Assembly: GCF_009834535.1 (NCBI RefSeq)
Contig: NC_045702.1
Location: 81,778,001-81,842,000 of the forward strand
Length of the DNA stretch: 64,000 nucleotides
From: Camelus ferus
Lineage: Eukaryota
Direction of reading: 5' to 3'
Made by a program: the position numbers and the translations under genes. The notes beneath the pieces were generated by a model. It did not search any database, had not been told where the DNA came from, and worked only from the letters and a program-made list of their open reading frames with translations. Positions 1 through 11,003 of the stretch are shown here, piece by piece. How positions within the stretch are numbered: position 1 is the stretch's first letter; every line of letters begins with the position of its first letter.

Positions 1-1535
1 ATAGGTTTCTCTTGAAATAATTCAATAAAGCGTCACATGAAGGAGAGAGGAAAAGGCCACGTTACCCTTGCGATTCAGCTACACTCTGTCTCACTGGAAT
101 TTTGCCCCGTGGCCCTCGCTTTCCTGGACAGTTTATACAAAGATTTCTTCCTAATGCAGCGCCGTCAAGTAACAGAAGACTGAAGGGCGTATTTCCTCTT
201 TAATCGGCTTGTGGAAATCTCATTAATGAAATGGAAATTTTGCCCCCTACCATGACTAAAGTGTTTTAAGAGACAGAAACAAGAAAGTCAGGTTGCTTGT
301 ACAGTTTCAATCGGAAATAGGGAAGGCACTGAACACTGAGATGCAGGTTTAAACTCGGTAACTTTTTAAAAAAAAAATTTAAAAATGAAAGAGTATGTGT
401 GCGTGCACAAAGCGGTTTGTGGCCCTGCCAAAAGAGAACTGGGAAGCCAGGCCCCCTGGCACTGAGCACCATTCTTCAGGTGCTGAAATCACTCTGGGGA
501 AGGGTGACTTTTCATGAATTTCAGTCGTTTCTGCTCTTTTTTTTTTCTTTATCTTTTTCTTCACCTTCCACCTCCCCACCAAAGTAAGAGTTTCATTTCT
601 CAAGAAGTGCCAAATTATTCCTAAAAAGATGTTTTTAATTTGGGGGCTTGATTCTATAAAGCGTATTTTTATAAGCATGTTTTCCCTAGGAAAATGTGGC
701 GAGGATATATTGAGTAACTTTAAAACTTTAAAAAAGTTTTCATTCGACCCTTTAAGTGTCAGCGTCCAACATCTAGGTGGCTTGCATAATTGTTTCCACA
801 TTGCATATCAGAACAGAATATTAATACAGGGTGATTATAACAGCCCAGAAACTGGTTAAAAGTTCATGTATGCTAACACTCTACAGGGAAAAAATAGTGA
901 ATGCACTTGCCCAAAAAACGAGAGCCTGAAGCTAACTGAAACTTGATGTTTGGGCCGAATTTTGTCACCTGGGTATTTCAAGTGAAGTCTAGGTTTGTTA
1001 TCTTTTCTAGATTACCTGCGGGGTGACTTCTGCACATTTCATCTTTCAGGCACCTCAACCCGACACAAGTATCAACACAGAGTCCAGGTGGGGCCCCTGG
1101 TTCTGGACCGTCTGCATCCATCCAGGTGGAGGTCCACCGTCCAGGGCCACGGGAGGTGTTGCCACATCATGGCCATTCTTGCTCTGTCTTCCATCACGTC
1201 TGTTTCCTGCAGGCTGTATGCACTGTACGTTTGCCCAAGCCAGCGCCTGCCCCCCGGCCTGACTGTCCACAGTCTCTCCACTCAACTCATTTCTCCTCAT
1301 CCTTCATCTCCAGCAGGAAGATTTGCCCGGCCCTGGGAGAGGTTCAGAAACTTACCCAACAGTGCGCCAGGAGGTGGGGACATAGGTACTAAGAACAGAA
1401 GCCAGGGCTAAGCTTCCCACCTACACATAGGTGGAACTTCAAAAAACAGTGGTAAAGTCATGGTCAAGAAAGAGTTGGATAGTGCTTCAGAAATAAAGGG
1501 CCAAAAGCTCACCAGAAGGGGGAAATTTCCCAGAG

Positions 1536-1562
1536 TTTTTTTTTTTTTTTTTTTTTTTTTTC
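1536..1562. repeat. Poly-T (T27) tract
   Basis: Directly visible. Confidence 0.95.
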
Positions 1563-4500
1563 AGTGAAATGTAACAGAAAGTACACTGACAAGAGAGGGT
1601 GATCTGCACCCCTACAGAAGCAAAGGATAAAGGAAAGAAAAAAGATCTGTTCCTATAGACGCATGCGCACACACACACACGCACACAGTGTATACTGTTT
1701 CTGTTTTGTATGTATTCCAAGATCCTAGAATCCAGGGTATTATCAAAACCAATAACTAACATTACAAGGGTTAAATAAGTTATCTTTGGTTAGAAATGTC
1801 CTTGACCTCTGGAAACTGGGGGTCTGGAAAGAGCTATCAAATCAAAGAGACATTCCCCTTTACTTTAAATGTTAAGTTGGCTGTTTTTGGATCCCAGAGT
1901 CTGTGGTTCAGCTCCCAGGAGGGGTGTGTTAATACCACATACATCTGATGGAGGGAAAACTCGTCCTTTTAGGAAATTCATTTTCGGTGGCTAAATGCCT
2001 TTATATTACATGTGCATACATTTACACAAACTGTAATTCCTCTTTATTTCCGCCTTGAACCATTATGATTAAAATGAGCTGGGTAATTCTCCTAAATTAA
2101 TTTATCACTTAAAAATTGTTGGTTAGACTAATGATTTTTTTTTCCCCCTCTCAAAACAGCCTGAGAGACATCTCTTCCCGGAGCCGCGGCCAATCCACTT
2201 TCCCAGTGGTTTTCACTGAGCATCAGCAGTTCAAACATTCCCAACCTATACCTTTAAAATGCTCAACACAGAGAATTCCCCGTGGGTTAGTCAACTGCTG
2301 GCTCGTATACAAAGAAAATACTGTATTTTGTTCTGAAGAGCTTTCTGCATCAATTTCAACACAGTGAGACAGACACAATATCCCCGAGAGAGGAAAACCT
2401 ACCTTATTACATTCCTGACCCAAGAGAACGGGTTTGCCCTTAGGACATAAAAGGAATCTGCAGGGGTGTAGGGGAGAGTTATTTAATCCTAAACATAAAA
2501 TCAGTTCATAATGCAACACCACGATGCTTTTAATCGCTGACATAATCGTGATACGTATATATAATATGACACAAGGAAAGTAAACGCAGCTCGCTTCTCA
2601 GCCTTGAAGGCTTTCTTCAGTACCCCAGGTCTTCTGGATTTTGTACATGCTTAGGGGAATTTTCAGGGGGAGGTAACGTAATGTTATAAGGATTCCTTCT
2701 CGGTAAGATCACATCTTGTTCCGATTTGAGTCGATGCATCTGTATGCGGTGAGTGTGGTAAAGCGAAATGTTGGGCTCTGTGAATGCAGTGTTTTACAAG
2801 TCTTCTCTGATTTCCTGGGCACGTCCAAGGGCCATGAAACAACGGGCAGGGCACTGGGGTTTTTATTCATATTGCAAAGCTGCCTGGGAGAGACACTCCT
2901 GCAATCTCAGCGGTGAGTGCCAGTGGGCGTTTACCTGTTTCTCTTTTATGGTTCTACAAAAAGATTTTTTTTTTTTTAAAAAAAAACAAGGGTTTAGGTT
3001 TCGATGTTTCTCCCCTCTCTGATGTTTCTACACACAACATAATCTAAGCCTAAATTGCCATCTCCCAGGAAAGAATGGCATCCTTGCCTTACTGGTCCGA
3101 AGGCTGAGAAAGAAACGTGACATTTTGAGAAGTTCAGCTTTTTTTTTTTTTTAACCCCATCAACATTATTTATGGAAAGGATTTATTGTACAACATCCTT
3201 AAAAGCAGCTAGGCAGTGGCTGGACTGTCAGCTTTGCAGGTCGGCATTTTTACACAAGGCTTGTCTGCGACCAGGGACTTGTGGATGCTCATGTTCTATT
3301 ACAGTGGATGCAACCGCTGTTTCCTGGCAAAGCCCACGACCGTTCCAGATCGCAGCGTTTATCACGGCCACTGCTGCTCTCGGCCGTCATCTGATTGGAG
3401 GAGCAAAAGAGGGGAATGCGTACAATGCCCCAGAAATTGAACAAGAAGGAGAGAGGGAGAAAAGGAAGAAGCTGGTATCCCAGCTGGACATTAAATGTGC
3501 CCCAGCTCTCCCGGACACTGAGATTTCCCTGATCCCTTCGGTTTTACCTTCAGGGTGGGTTTATTTTGCATGAACACGGCTCCCTGGACTTCCAGATCAC
3601 TTCCTGAGTCCTGGGTCCGTATCTCATTCATCCTGGTGCCCCACCAGCCTTCCCTGTGAATTCCACCAGCAGGTGCTCAGGACACGGTGCTCGGCAGAAC
3701 AACTTGAATCCACGATGTGATCCAATAATCTCTGTTTCCTCATATTTCACTGTAGCTGGAGTTGACCAGATGCACAGATTCCCTCAATCTAACTCTCCCA
3801 CTGATGTTTTTCTTGCCATACTTTGGAGAGAAATTTAGACTCTAAGGCCCTGGACCTCTCCTAGATGCCTGCTGAACAGACTGTTTCTTTTTTTTCCCCA
3901 TTCTTTTTTTTGGGGACAAGACGCAAAGATCAGGAATTCTTTTGGGTTCAGATGTGGTCATTAAGCCAGCTCCTCCAGGTCATCCCAGGGTTGGAAAGAG
4001 GAGTAAATGATGGAAGTGGCCTTTGGGGACTTCCAGGGGCCAAGAGCTGACTTCATTTATTTTATAAGTAAACTGAGATGGCTGAAATAATTGACACGTG
4101 GCACCTCTTCTAAGGGAGTCACACCACGGGCTCGAATTCCAAGCATGTGACAGAGAACACTGTGTTTTCTTTATACATATTTTTTTTTTTTAAAGGCTGC
4201 TTTACTGCTTCTTATCTGAAGTTTCCAGAAAGCCTGTAAAAACCATTCAAAGGATGCCCGAGATCGGATGCAACCACCTGCTCCTCACCGTGGCAGGACG
4301 TGGCTTGTGTCAAACAAACTGGCACTGATACCTTAATGGGCCTATTCCACAGCCGTCAGTTGTATAATTTGCCCCTTCTTTAATGCCTCAAAAATAAATC
4401 CCATTTCTTACATTTAACACCTCTCCTCAGACTGTGAAATACAAGATGTGATACTTTTTGCAAGAGAGTAAAAAACTGAATCACAGCACTTCAATGGGGT

Positions 4501-5220
4501 ACTTAATTTTGTTGGCGGAGGCTCTGAATGGTGATACCATAATATTGGCCCCATAGAGATTACACTGGCAGAGCTAACTTGATGCTCAGGTGATAAATAT
4601 TCTCACCTCTACATTACTCGCCAAAGTATCCTTCAACTTTGGACATCAGCGGTCATGTCACCTTTTTTGCTAAGGAAAGATTTGAGGTGAATATGACCTA
4701 ACACCTTTAATTATTTTCTTTCTTTCTCTTCTGCCTGGAAGTATTCTTTTGCCCTCCGATCTACCCCCATATGTCCATTCACTTTTTCGCATTTCCTCCC
4801 ACAGGGCTTTTCAGCCTCTATGGGGTGATGAGGGGCACAAGAATTTAAATCCTGTTCAAGAGGACCCAAAGTTTTGTACAGTTAGTGTCAGGTCACCTGA
4901 AATGTCAGAGAGTGACTTAGTTTATAAAGGATTCAGATGGGTGGAGTTTCCTGTTGAAGAGAGGGCCCTAGGCCATTTTCTCCACTTTCCACTGGACGTG
5001 ACTGCATGGGAGGAAGTTACCATCAATAAAAGTGTTAACTTCAGATGGCAAATACTATTACAAAAAAAAAAAAAAAAGAAATGAAACCACCTAGATTAAC
5101 ATGGGAGGCACACAAAAATGACCAAGAAAGCCAGCTTCCGTGGTCTATACAGAAAAACAGCACTGAAAAATCACACCATGGATGGACAGGTTACTAATTA
5201 TAGCAGCATAGTCTTGACTT

Positions 5221-5343
5221 TCTGGGGGGAGGTAATTAGGTTTATTTATTTACCTATTTGTTTAATGGAGATACTGGGGATTGAACCCAGGACCTCATGC
5301 ATGCTAGGCACATGCTCTACCAGTGAGCTCTACCCAACCCCCA
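5221..5343 (-). mobile_element. tRNA-derived SINE (camelid vic-1-like)
   Basis: Reverse complement of a tRNA-like head with A box and B box (gggttcaatcccc) and a (taaa)n tail. Degenerate TSD agcatagtcttgactt (5205-5220) / agcacggtctcgactt (5344-5359). Confidence 0.85.
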
Positions 5344-6853
5344 AGCACGGTCTCGACTTAAGTAATGTGGTTCTTTGGATACATTTTCTAAACCAGAACT
5401 CACAAATGTCCAAAAAGGGAGAAAAAGGTTTTCCTTGATTTTACTACATTCCATTGGCTCTGGGTTCCTGGGGCTGCAGGCACCACAGAATTAGGCAGTG
5501 ATCTGCCCCTCTCCCATAAACCACAGCTACTTTTCAAGTCACCCGGAGTGTTCATCCTGCCCCCCGTCATCTCCTCTCTGTTACAATCTCCGCACACTGC
5601 ACCTCCAAGAACTCGGCATCAGTGGTTCTCAAACTCTGCAGGGAAGGAGCACCCGCTCCCCGCCATCCGCGTGGAGGGAGGTGCAATCCTAGGTCCTACC
5701 ACGCTCGCCTACCAGTCTGACCACACCCAACTAGTCTACACGCTGTCTAGTGACAGGAGCCGCTGATCACACTCAGATGCCAAGCTGGTGACGATGGCAA
5801 AATGCCACGACAATCTCTGGACACGCTGAGTCACACGGCTTGACAGGACCAGGAGTGGGAGGGGGTCGGCCGCACGCTGAGGGCATCGTGGGCTGTGCCT
5901 CCTTGCTGAGCTGCCCTGGAACTGAGGACCCTGCATGCGGGGGGCACACCTGGCAGGTTGTACCCACAAAGGAAGAACCAATGGTGATCTCTCACCTGGA
6001 CAGGCAGAAGGAACAGTCCATCTCAGCCCAGCAGAGGGGAGTGCTTGCCACGCTACGGAAACTAGTTCAGGCTGAGCCAGGCCCAGCCTCTGTTTCTAGT
6101 GCTGAGAGACGAAAGCATGGAGAGAGAGGAAGAACTTATTTGTGTTTGCTTATGTGCCCATAAAGGAATTCCATACAGATATAAAAAATCCAGCACCGTT
6201 GTCACTTGTAGAGGGAGCCAAGAATTGGGAGACCAAGAAAAGACGGAGACTTCTCAATATATCCCTGTTACGACTTCTGGCTTTTTAACTACATGAATGG
6301 ACTTCAATTCCAAACTCTACAAATAATATAAAATAAACCAGAAAACATGAACTAATTTAAAAAAAAATGGAAAAAAGGTGTGGGCTGAGCTGGGCAATCC
6401 GCCATCACCCTCAGGGACTAACAGCACATCTTACGGGCAGTTGCCAACAACGTCCAGCATCCCAGGAGGGCCACAAGCAGTGTTCTTTAACCGACAAAAA
6501 GGAGAAGGAGAGGCAAAAACTCAGGATAAGAAGACAGTTTGTAAGTAATGAATTGAAAAACAAACAGGAAAAAAAAAAACGTAGAGATCTATGTGCTGGC
6601 TGTTCTCAAACAGGATAAAAGAAGGCAGGATGTCTGCATACAAAAGGCACTCAGATGGAGACACAGGCAAGTGGGAGGCTGGGGGGAAGGCACGTGTTTA
6701 ACCATCTTCCAGCAGGGCCAACTCTACCGCGGTCTCAGTGGGGAGCTGGACCGACACAAGAGAAATGAAATCACATCAAATCCAGGTGCGGAGCTCGAGT
6801 ATATTTACATCCCAAACGACAAAACTTGAAGAAAGAAAGTAGAGATAAATCAT

Positions 6854-6978
6854 TTGTTTGCTTGGTGAAGGGGGGTGGAATCAGGTTTATTTATTTATTG
6901 AATGGAGGTACTGGGGATTGACCTCAGGACCCCGTCCATGCTAAGCACCCGCTCTACCCCTGCACTGCACCCTCCCCC
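6854..6978 (-). mobile_element. tRNA-derived SINE (vic-1-like)
   Basis: Same family sequence. TSD agataaatcat at 6843-6853 and 6981-6991. Confidence 0.85.
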
Positions 6979-7529
6979 TAAGATAAATCATATCATTGCA
7001 AATGAAATGGTTTTAGCATCCACCAGACCTGAAGTTAGTGAAAAGGACCTAGACCTATTTGGCATCATTAAAAAATTTCAAGAAAAAAGCACAAACAATA
7101 TACAGGAGTATCCCTCCATAGAAGGAAACATGGGCTAACCTAATTTTGCTACATGCTGGTCAGATATAGGATTGGAGGCCCCGCTCAAATCTGAAAGGCT
7201 TGGATAAGTCCTGCAGCAAGAAACCACTGTTTAATCCAGCTTTTCACTGGGCGCCCATAGTATCCTGTGGAAGCAGTGTTCTGCAGGATATATTTTGGTA
7301 AATGTTGAATTATATGGGTATAAGAGAAAATACAATTCTCTCCCCACAAAACCTGACTTATTAAAACTGTTATAAATGTAAGAAGGACATTTTTTAAAAA
7401 GTTTTTCCTCTTGACTTAAAATAGAAAAAAGAAGATCTCAAGAAAGAAGCCGTTACATTAGAGGACGAAGAACTGAAGCCAGCTGAACACACAGGGTACA
7501 ACATAAAGATGGTTGAAAAGACCCTTATA

Positions 7530-7644
7530 GGGAGACGGGGGGTACAGCCCAATGGCAGAGCGTGTGCTTGGCATGCAAGAGGTCCTGGGTTCAGTCCCCA
7601 GTGCCTCCGTTAAAGGGGGAAAAATGTTTTTTAATTAAAAAAAA
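7530..7644 (+). mobile_element. tRNA-derived SINE (vic-1-like)
   Basis: ggggggtacagcccaatggcagagcgtgtgcttggcatgcaagaggtcctgggttcagtcccc followed by an A tail. TSD gaaaagacccttata / gaaaagactgttata. Confidence 0.85.
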
Positions 7645-7659
7645 GAAAAGACTGTTATA

Positions 7660-8300
7660 AAAGTAAATATATAAAACCATAAGCCAGGGGACGAACCTAG
7701 AAAAATTAATAAATGTATGTAATCCTTGAGTCCATGAGCCCTAATTAAATTGATAAGGGCAGGAAGAAAAGAAAGAGGAGGGAAAGAATTGTTCAAAAAA
7801 AATAAATTATTTGTCCTGCAGGTAGGGGATTTTTTGGTAACTTTTTTTCAGTAGTTAGAAATGACGCATTTAATTGTGCATTTAATAAGCGCACAGGCAA
7901 GCATACCAATATTTAAAATACCATATTATCTTTCAAATTGGCCATGGTAAAAACGAAGAAAATATGGCAACACTCACGTACACACACAAATAAAGGGGAG
8001 GTTAAAATTCACATTCAAAATCAATGTCTCAACTCCACCCACTACAGGCAAAAACTCTCAGATGGTTATAAGCATAACTATAAATCTAAGGGACGTCACT
8101 GGAAACAAAATTATAGAGAATTGTTAAAAAATATAAACAGGGAGATGTGATATTAGTGATAGTAATCTTGGTGTTGAACAAATCAGACTGTAAGACAAAA
8201 AAGATTTAAATGGAGTAAAGAGAGTTGTCTTGTCTTGACAGAAGTATATAATCCTTAAAGGACAGCAACACTTTTCAAACACACATCATCCTAAAAGTGA
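7660..8300 (+). mobile_element. Possible highly degraded L1 fragment (ORF2 endonuclease region)
   Basis: gtgatattagtgatagtaatc...caaatcagactgtaagacaaaaaagatt...gtaaagagag weakly resembles L1 ORF2 5' sequence. A-rich. Confidence 0.4.
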
Positions 8301-8675
8301 TCTGCTGAACTCAGTTCCCTTGTTGTAAAGATTTTATCTGAAGGGAACAGAGGATTTTATACAAAGACATTCATTACTTCTAATACTGAAAAAATGCTGG
8401 GAAGAACCCTAGACGTCAAAGAGCAATGATTCGGTGATTGCAGTGTATCTATATGATAAAAGCGGGGTAAAAAATATAAATTTACCTATGAAGACTGGTA
8501 CATTCTCAGTTTTTAAGAAGTGCATTAAGAAGCGAGAAAAATCTACAAAATTGTAAATAAAATTTGCCTTCACTTTTGTTGACTTTGAAGGCATTATGGG
8601 TTATTTTTGTTTTTTTACACAGGTATCTGAACTTTAGTGTTTCCGGGTTGTTTTTAGTAATACTAAACCTTATTT

Positions 8676-8930
8676 TTAAAAAAAGACAAACGAACTTATT
8701 TACAAAACAGAAACAGACTCACAGACATAGAAAACAAGCTTATGGTTACCAGTCGGGGGAAGGGGGCGGGAAGGGGTAAATTGGGAGTTCGAGATTTGCA
8801 GATACTAACTAATACATGTAAAATAGGTAAACAACAAGTTCATATTGGGTAGCACAGGGAACTATATTCAATATTATGAAGCAACATGGTGAAAAAGAAT
8901 ATAAAATGAATATATGTAAAAAAAAAAACC
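8676..8930 (+). mobile_element. 5'-truncated LINE-1 3' end (artiodactyl/camelid type)
   Basis: gaacttatttacaaaacagaaacagactcacagacatagaaaacaagcttatggttacc...agcacagggaactatattcaatat followed by an A tail. TSD accttattt at 8667-8675 and 8931-8939. Confidence 0.85.
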
Positions 8931-9151
8931 ACCTTATTTAATACTTAGAAGAATGTAGTCTTCTCCTTAAGGGCTCTTCTGTAGACCATGAATATGACAT
9001 TCACTATATTTTAGAACACAAAATCTATTTTCAGAATGGATTATAAAATGGACAGCAAAGTGCTTCACTGAGTAAAATGTACTCTTCACCCGGAATTCAA
9101 ACACATACACTTTTCTAGCCACAATGAGGAGGAGAAAATCTATTTTCATGA

Positions 9152-9570
9152 ATTCATTCATTCAATCGTACATACAGAATACCTGCTCTAGGCCAGTACA
9201 GTCCTGGTCCTGGGGGTACAACAATGCATAAGCAAAGTTTCTAATCTCATGGTGCTTACAGCCTTGGGGTGGAAGGCAGACAATGCAATGATTAAAAACA
9301 AACCAAAGTCATGTTTTAGATTGTGAGATATGTAAAAAGGTAAAAAGCTGGTTAGGGGAGTGATGGAGGTGTCAGTTCAGTCATTAAGGCTGGTCAGGGG
9401 AGGCCCCTTGGATACTGCGAGAGCTTGGGCAGAGACTTGGAGAAATGTGTGTGGATTCTGTGAGAAGGTTGATCTAAGCTGTGGGGATGGCAGGTGCAAA
9501 GGTCCTGAGGAGGGTGCAGCCTTGGTGTATGAGTAACAGCAAAGAAGCCCATGGGGCTGGGAAGGATATG
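9152..9570 (-). mobile_element. LINE-2 3' end fragment
   Basis: ttcattcattcaat...tacctgctctaggcc...ctcatggtgcttacagcc...aggtgcaaaggtcctgagg...aagcccatggggctgg, the typical L2 3' end in reverse. Confidence 0.7.
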
Positions 9571-10954
9571 AAGGAACAACAGCACTTGGGCTATGAAAAT
9601 TAACAGGAAGCGCCATTATACACTACACTAATTGCATACGTTTAATTACCCCCCCAAACACTCTTAAGTTTTACACCACATTGCAATGAAAACATTTGGA
9701 AAGAAACTTCCAGCATGTTGAAACCGACTGGTTCTTTAGGTTTAAATGCATCTATAGAGGCCAGCAGCTTTATAGCATTTTATGAGCAGAAACAAAGCAC
9801 TTAATCCCAAGAGCGGTCTGAAACAGTCAAGAGTGTGACGGAATCAAGAGTTCCAGCGAAGCTGGGGAGCTTTGAAAACAAAAAAAAGTGCTGAGGACCT
9901 GAGCCCTCGTCATCCTCTGTAATTATTCGCTGCGTTAACGAGCCCCGAGCAGAAGCCACCATGTGCCCACACCGCCCTGGTCATTTCTGTGACCTACACA
10001 CAGGGATGGATGGTGCCTCAGGCACAGGAAGTCACTCCAGGAGAAGCACTTTAAATTCCCGCTGGGCCCGCGGAGCCAGGGCAGGGCTGGCTTTTTGCAC
10101 ACGTGGCAGGAAGAGCTGGCACCTGCTATAAGGCTGCTTGTCACTGCGATGTTTGCCACTCAAGCTAACAAACCACTGGCCAGGGTGGGAAGGGAGGGGA
10201 GGCGATGAAGGCCAGGATGTTCATTTTACCACCTCCCCAGCTTGCTGTAATTCCTCTTTCTCCCTTTTGCTCCCAAGTCCAGAGTCAGCAGCAGGGGCTC
10301 CAGTTGGTGAGAACAGTTGAGGAAGGGAAGAGGGGAAAGAGAAGGGGAATTAGGCAGTTTTGGGGGGAAGGAAACGGAGCATTCAGACCTCGTCCTTCTC
10401 AGAACCCGAGTTCAGCCTGGCCGCCACAGTCCAAAGGATGCATGCTTTTATCACTTCCGTCACCTCCTCAAAAGGTAACAAGATTAACAGATTTTGCAGG
10501 GAACAGGCTCTACACTAAAATACAGCTTCCCCTGTACTTAAGAGAGTGTGTAAGGGACCAGAGCTGTCGGCCACCTAGCCTGGGGGGAGGCCCCCCTGCC
10601 CTCCAAGTCCCCCACCCCGACAGCGCTCCCTGCTCCAGAGAGCCAGCGAGGGCAGGGCACACACAGGGGTCATCCTGGGAGCTGGTTAGAAATGCAGGTC
10701 CCCAAGCCCCCACCAGCTCCAGGGTGATGCTCCAGACCCACCTATTTGCCGAGTTTCAGCAGGGAAAGAAGGGAAGACGTAAAGCACCCAGGGAGATGAA
10801 TACATAGGTGGTATCACAGACTCTTAACCCAGGAAGAACCTAAGGGGTCAGTGGAAGCCAAGATCACTGAGCAGTTCAGGCATTGAACTCAGCCAAGAAA
10901 GGCCCCCGTGAGCCCAGGACTTCCAGGAGTGCTTCTCAAAGACAGAGACAAAGA

Positions 10955-10985
<31 letters not shown>

Positions 10986-11003
10986 CGTGTGCGTGTGTGT
11001 GTG
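10955..11003. repeat. (GT)n/(GC)n alternating purine-pyrimidine tract
   Basis: 49 bp of uninterrupted RY alternation: gtgtgt...gtgcgcgcgtgtgcgtgtgcgtgtgtgtgtg. Confidence 0.95.

Noticed and set aside
10205-10807. 200-aa + strand ORF
   Set aside because: No recognisable family or domain; it lies in GC-rich intron and overlaps a probable MER5-like relic. ORFs of this length are expected by chance.
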